DNA of 64,000 nt from Hemiscyllium ocellatum (taxonomy: Eukaryota). A program made the position numbers and the translations under genes. Every line of letters starts with the position of its first letter. The stretch's first letter is position 1. The stretch is from positions 8,322,004 through 8,386,003 of the forward strand of contig NC_083402.1 of NCBI RefSeq assembly GCF_020745735.1, given 5' to 3'. Of this stretch, positions 63,677 to 64,000 are shown in pieces. The notes under the pieces were generated by a model. That model made no database searches, was not told the DNA's origin, and saw nothing but the letters and a program-made list of their open reading frames with translations.

Positions 63677-63703
<27 letters not shown>
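63676..63703. repeat. (CA)n microsatellite
   Basis: Directly visible. Confidence 0.95.
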
Positions 63704-63707
<4 letters not shown>

Positions 63708-64000
63708 ACAATTAAGACAGAGAAAAGATAAATGATTTATTTTTTTACTATGAGTGAAAAAAGAATGTAGACAGGGTAACAGGCTAAACAGAACACTGAA
63801 AATAAAAGTCCTGACCACAAGATGGAAGGATCGCTCTCTCTCACAGTCCTTGTGTTTTTTAGCAGGAATGAGATGCTGTGTTCTGGACAGAGATGGTCAT
63901 ATGTCAAATCCAACGGCCAATCAGGTGAACTTAGGACTTTTCTTTTCAGATTACTTGTGTTTTTTCTGCTTTACTCTATAGTAATGGGGGAGAGTTAGAG

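Noticed and set aside
63822-63865. Plus-strand leader-like MEGSLSLTVLVF..
   Set aside because: Needs both a frameshift fix and a GA->GT donor fix, and the downstream gene is outside the window

Overview
AT-rich, repeat-dense vertebrate DNA. The repeat content (HE1/V-SINE, Deu-type SINE, CR1/HER1 LINEs, Penelope termini) points to a cartilaginous fish, probably a shark; this is inference. Most ORF-track entries are LINE debris or antisense noise. Reading splice sites and phases directly recovers a decayed immune-receptor cluster. (1) A minus-strand gene of about 39 kb (63569->24844): candidate leader, two V-set Ig exons resembling the SIGLEC15 V domain but lacking the sialic-acid-binding Arg, an uncharged TM exon, and seven small phase-compatible cytoplasmic exons. 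These carry three Tyr motifs (ILYAEI, CTYASI, VTYAAV) built by duplicating a two-exon cassette. The reconstructed CDS is 1218 nt (405 aa). Both V exons are broken: V1 by a LINE plus a palindromic Penelope-derived insert with a hammerhead-ribozyme core, V2 by a TGA and a lost base at the donor. The TM and tail exons are intact. (2) An inverted paralog on the plus strand (2128-6699) with an independently broken V exon and no Tyr exons that I could find. (3) Fragments of a probable third copy (about 14.5-18.5 kb). Also present: a retrovirus-like pol relic (YVDD RT, tether plus second RNase H, integrase) at about 18.8-22.5 kb, a near full-length CR1 LINE, a Penelope RT, an RTE fragment, a 39-bp minisatellite and two assembly gaps. 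All alignments were done by eye and element boundaries are approximate.
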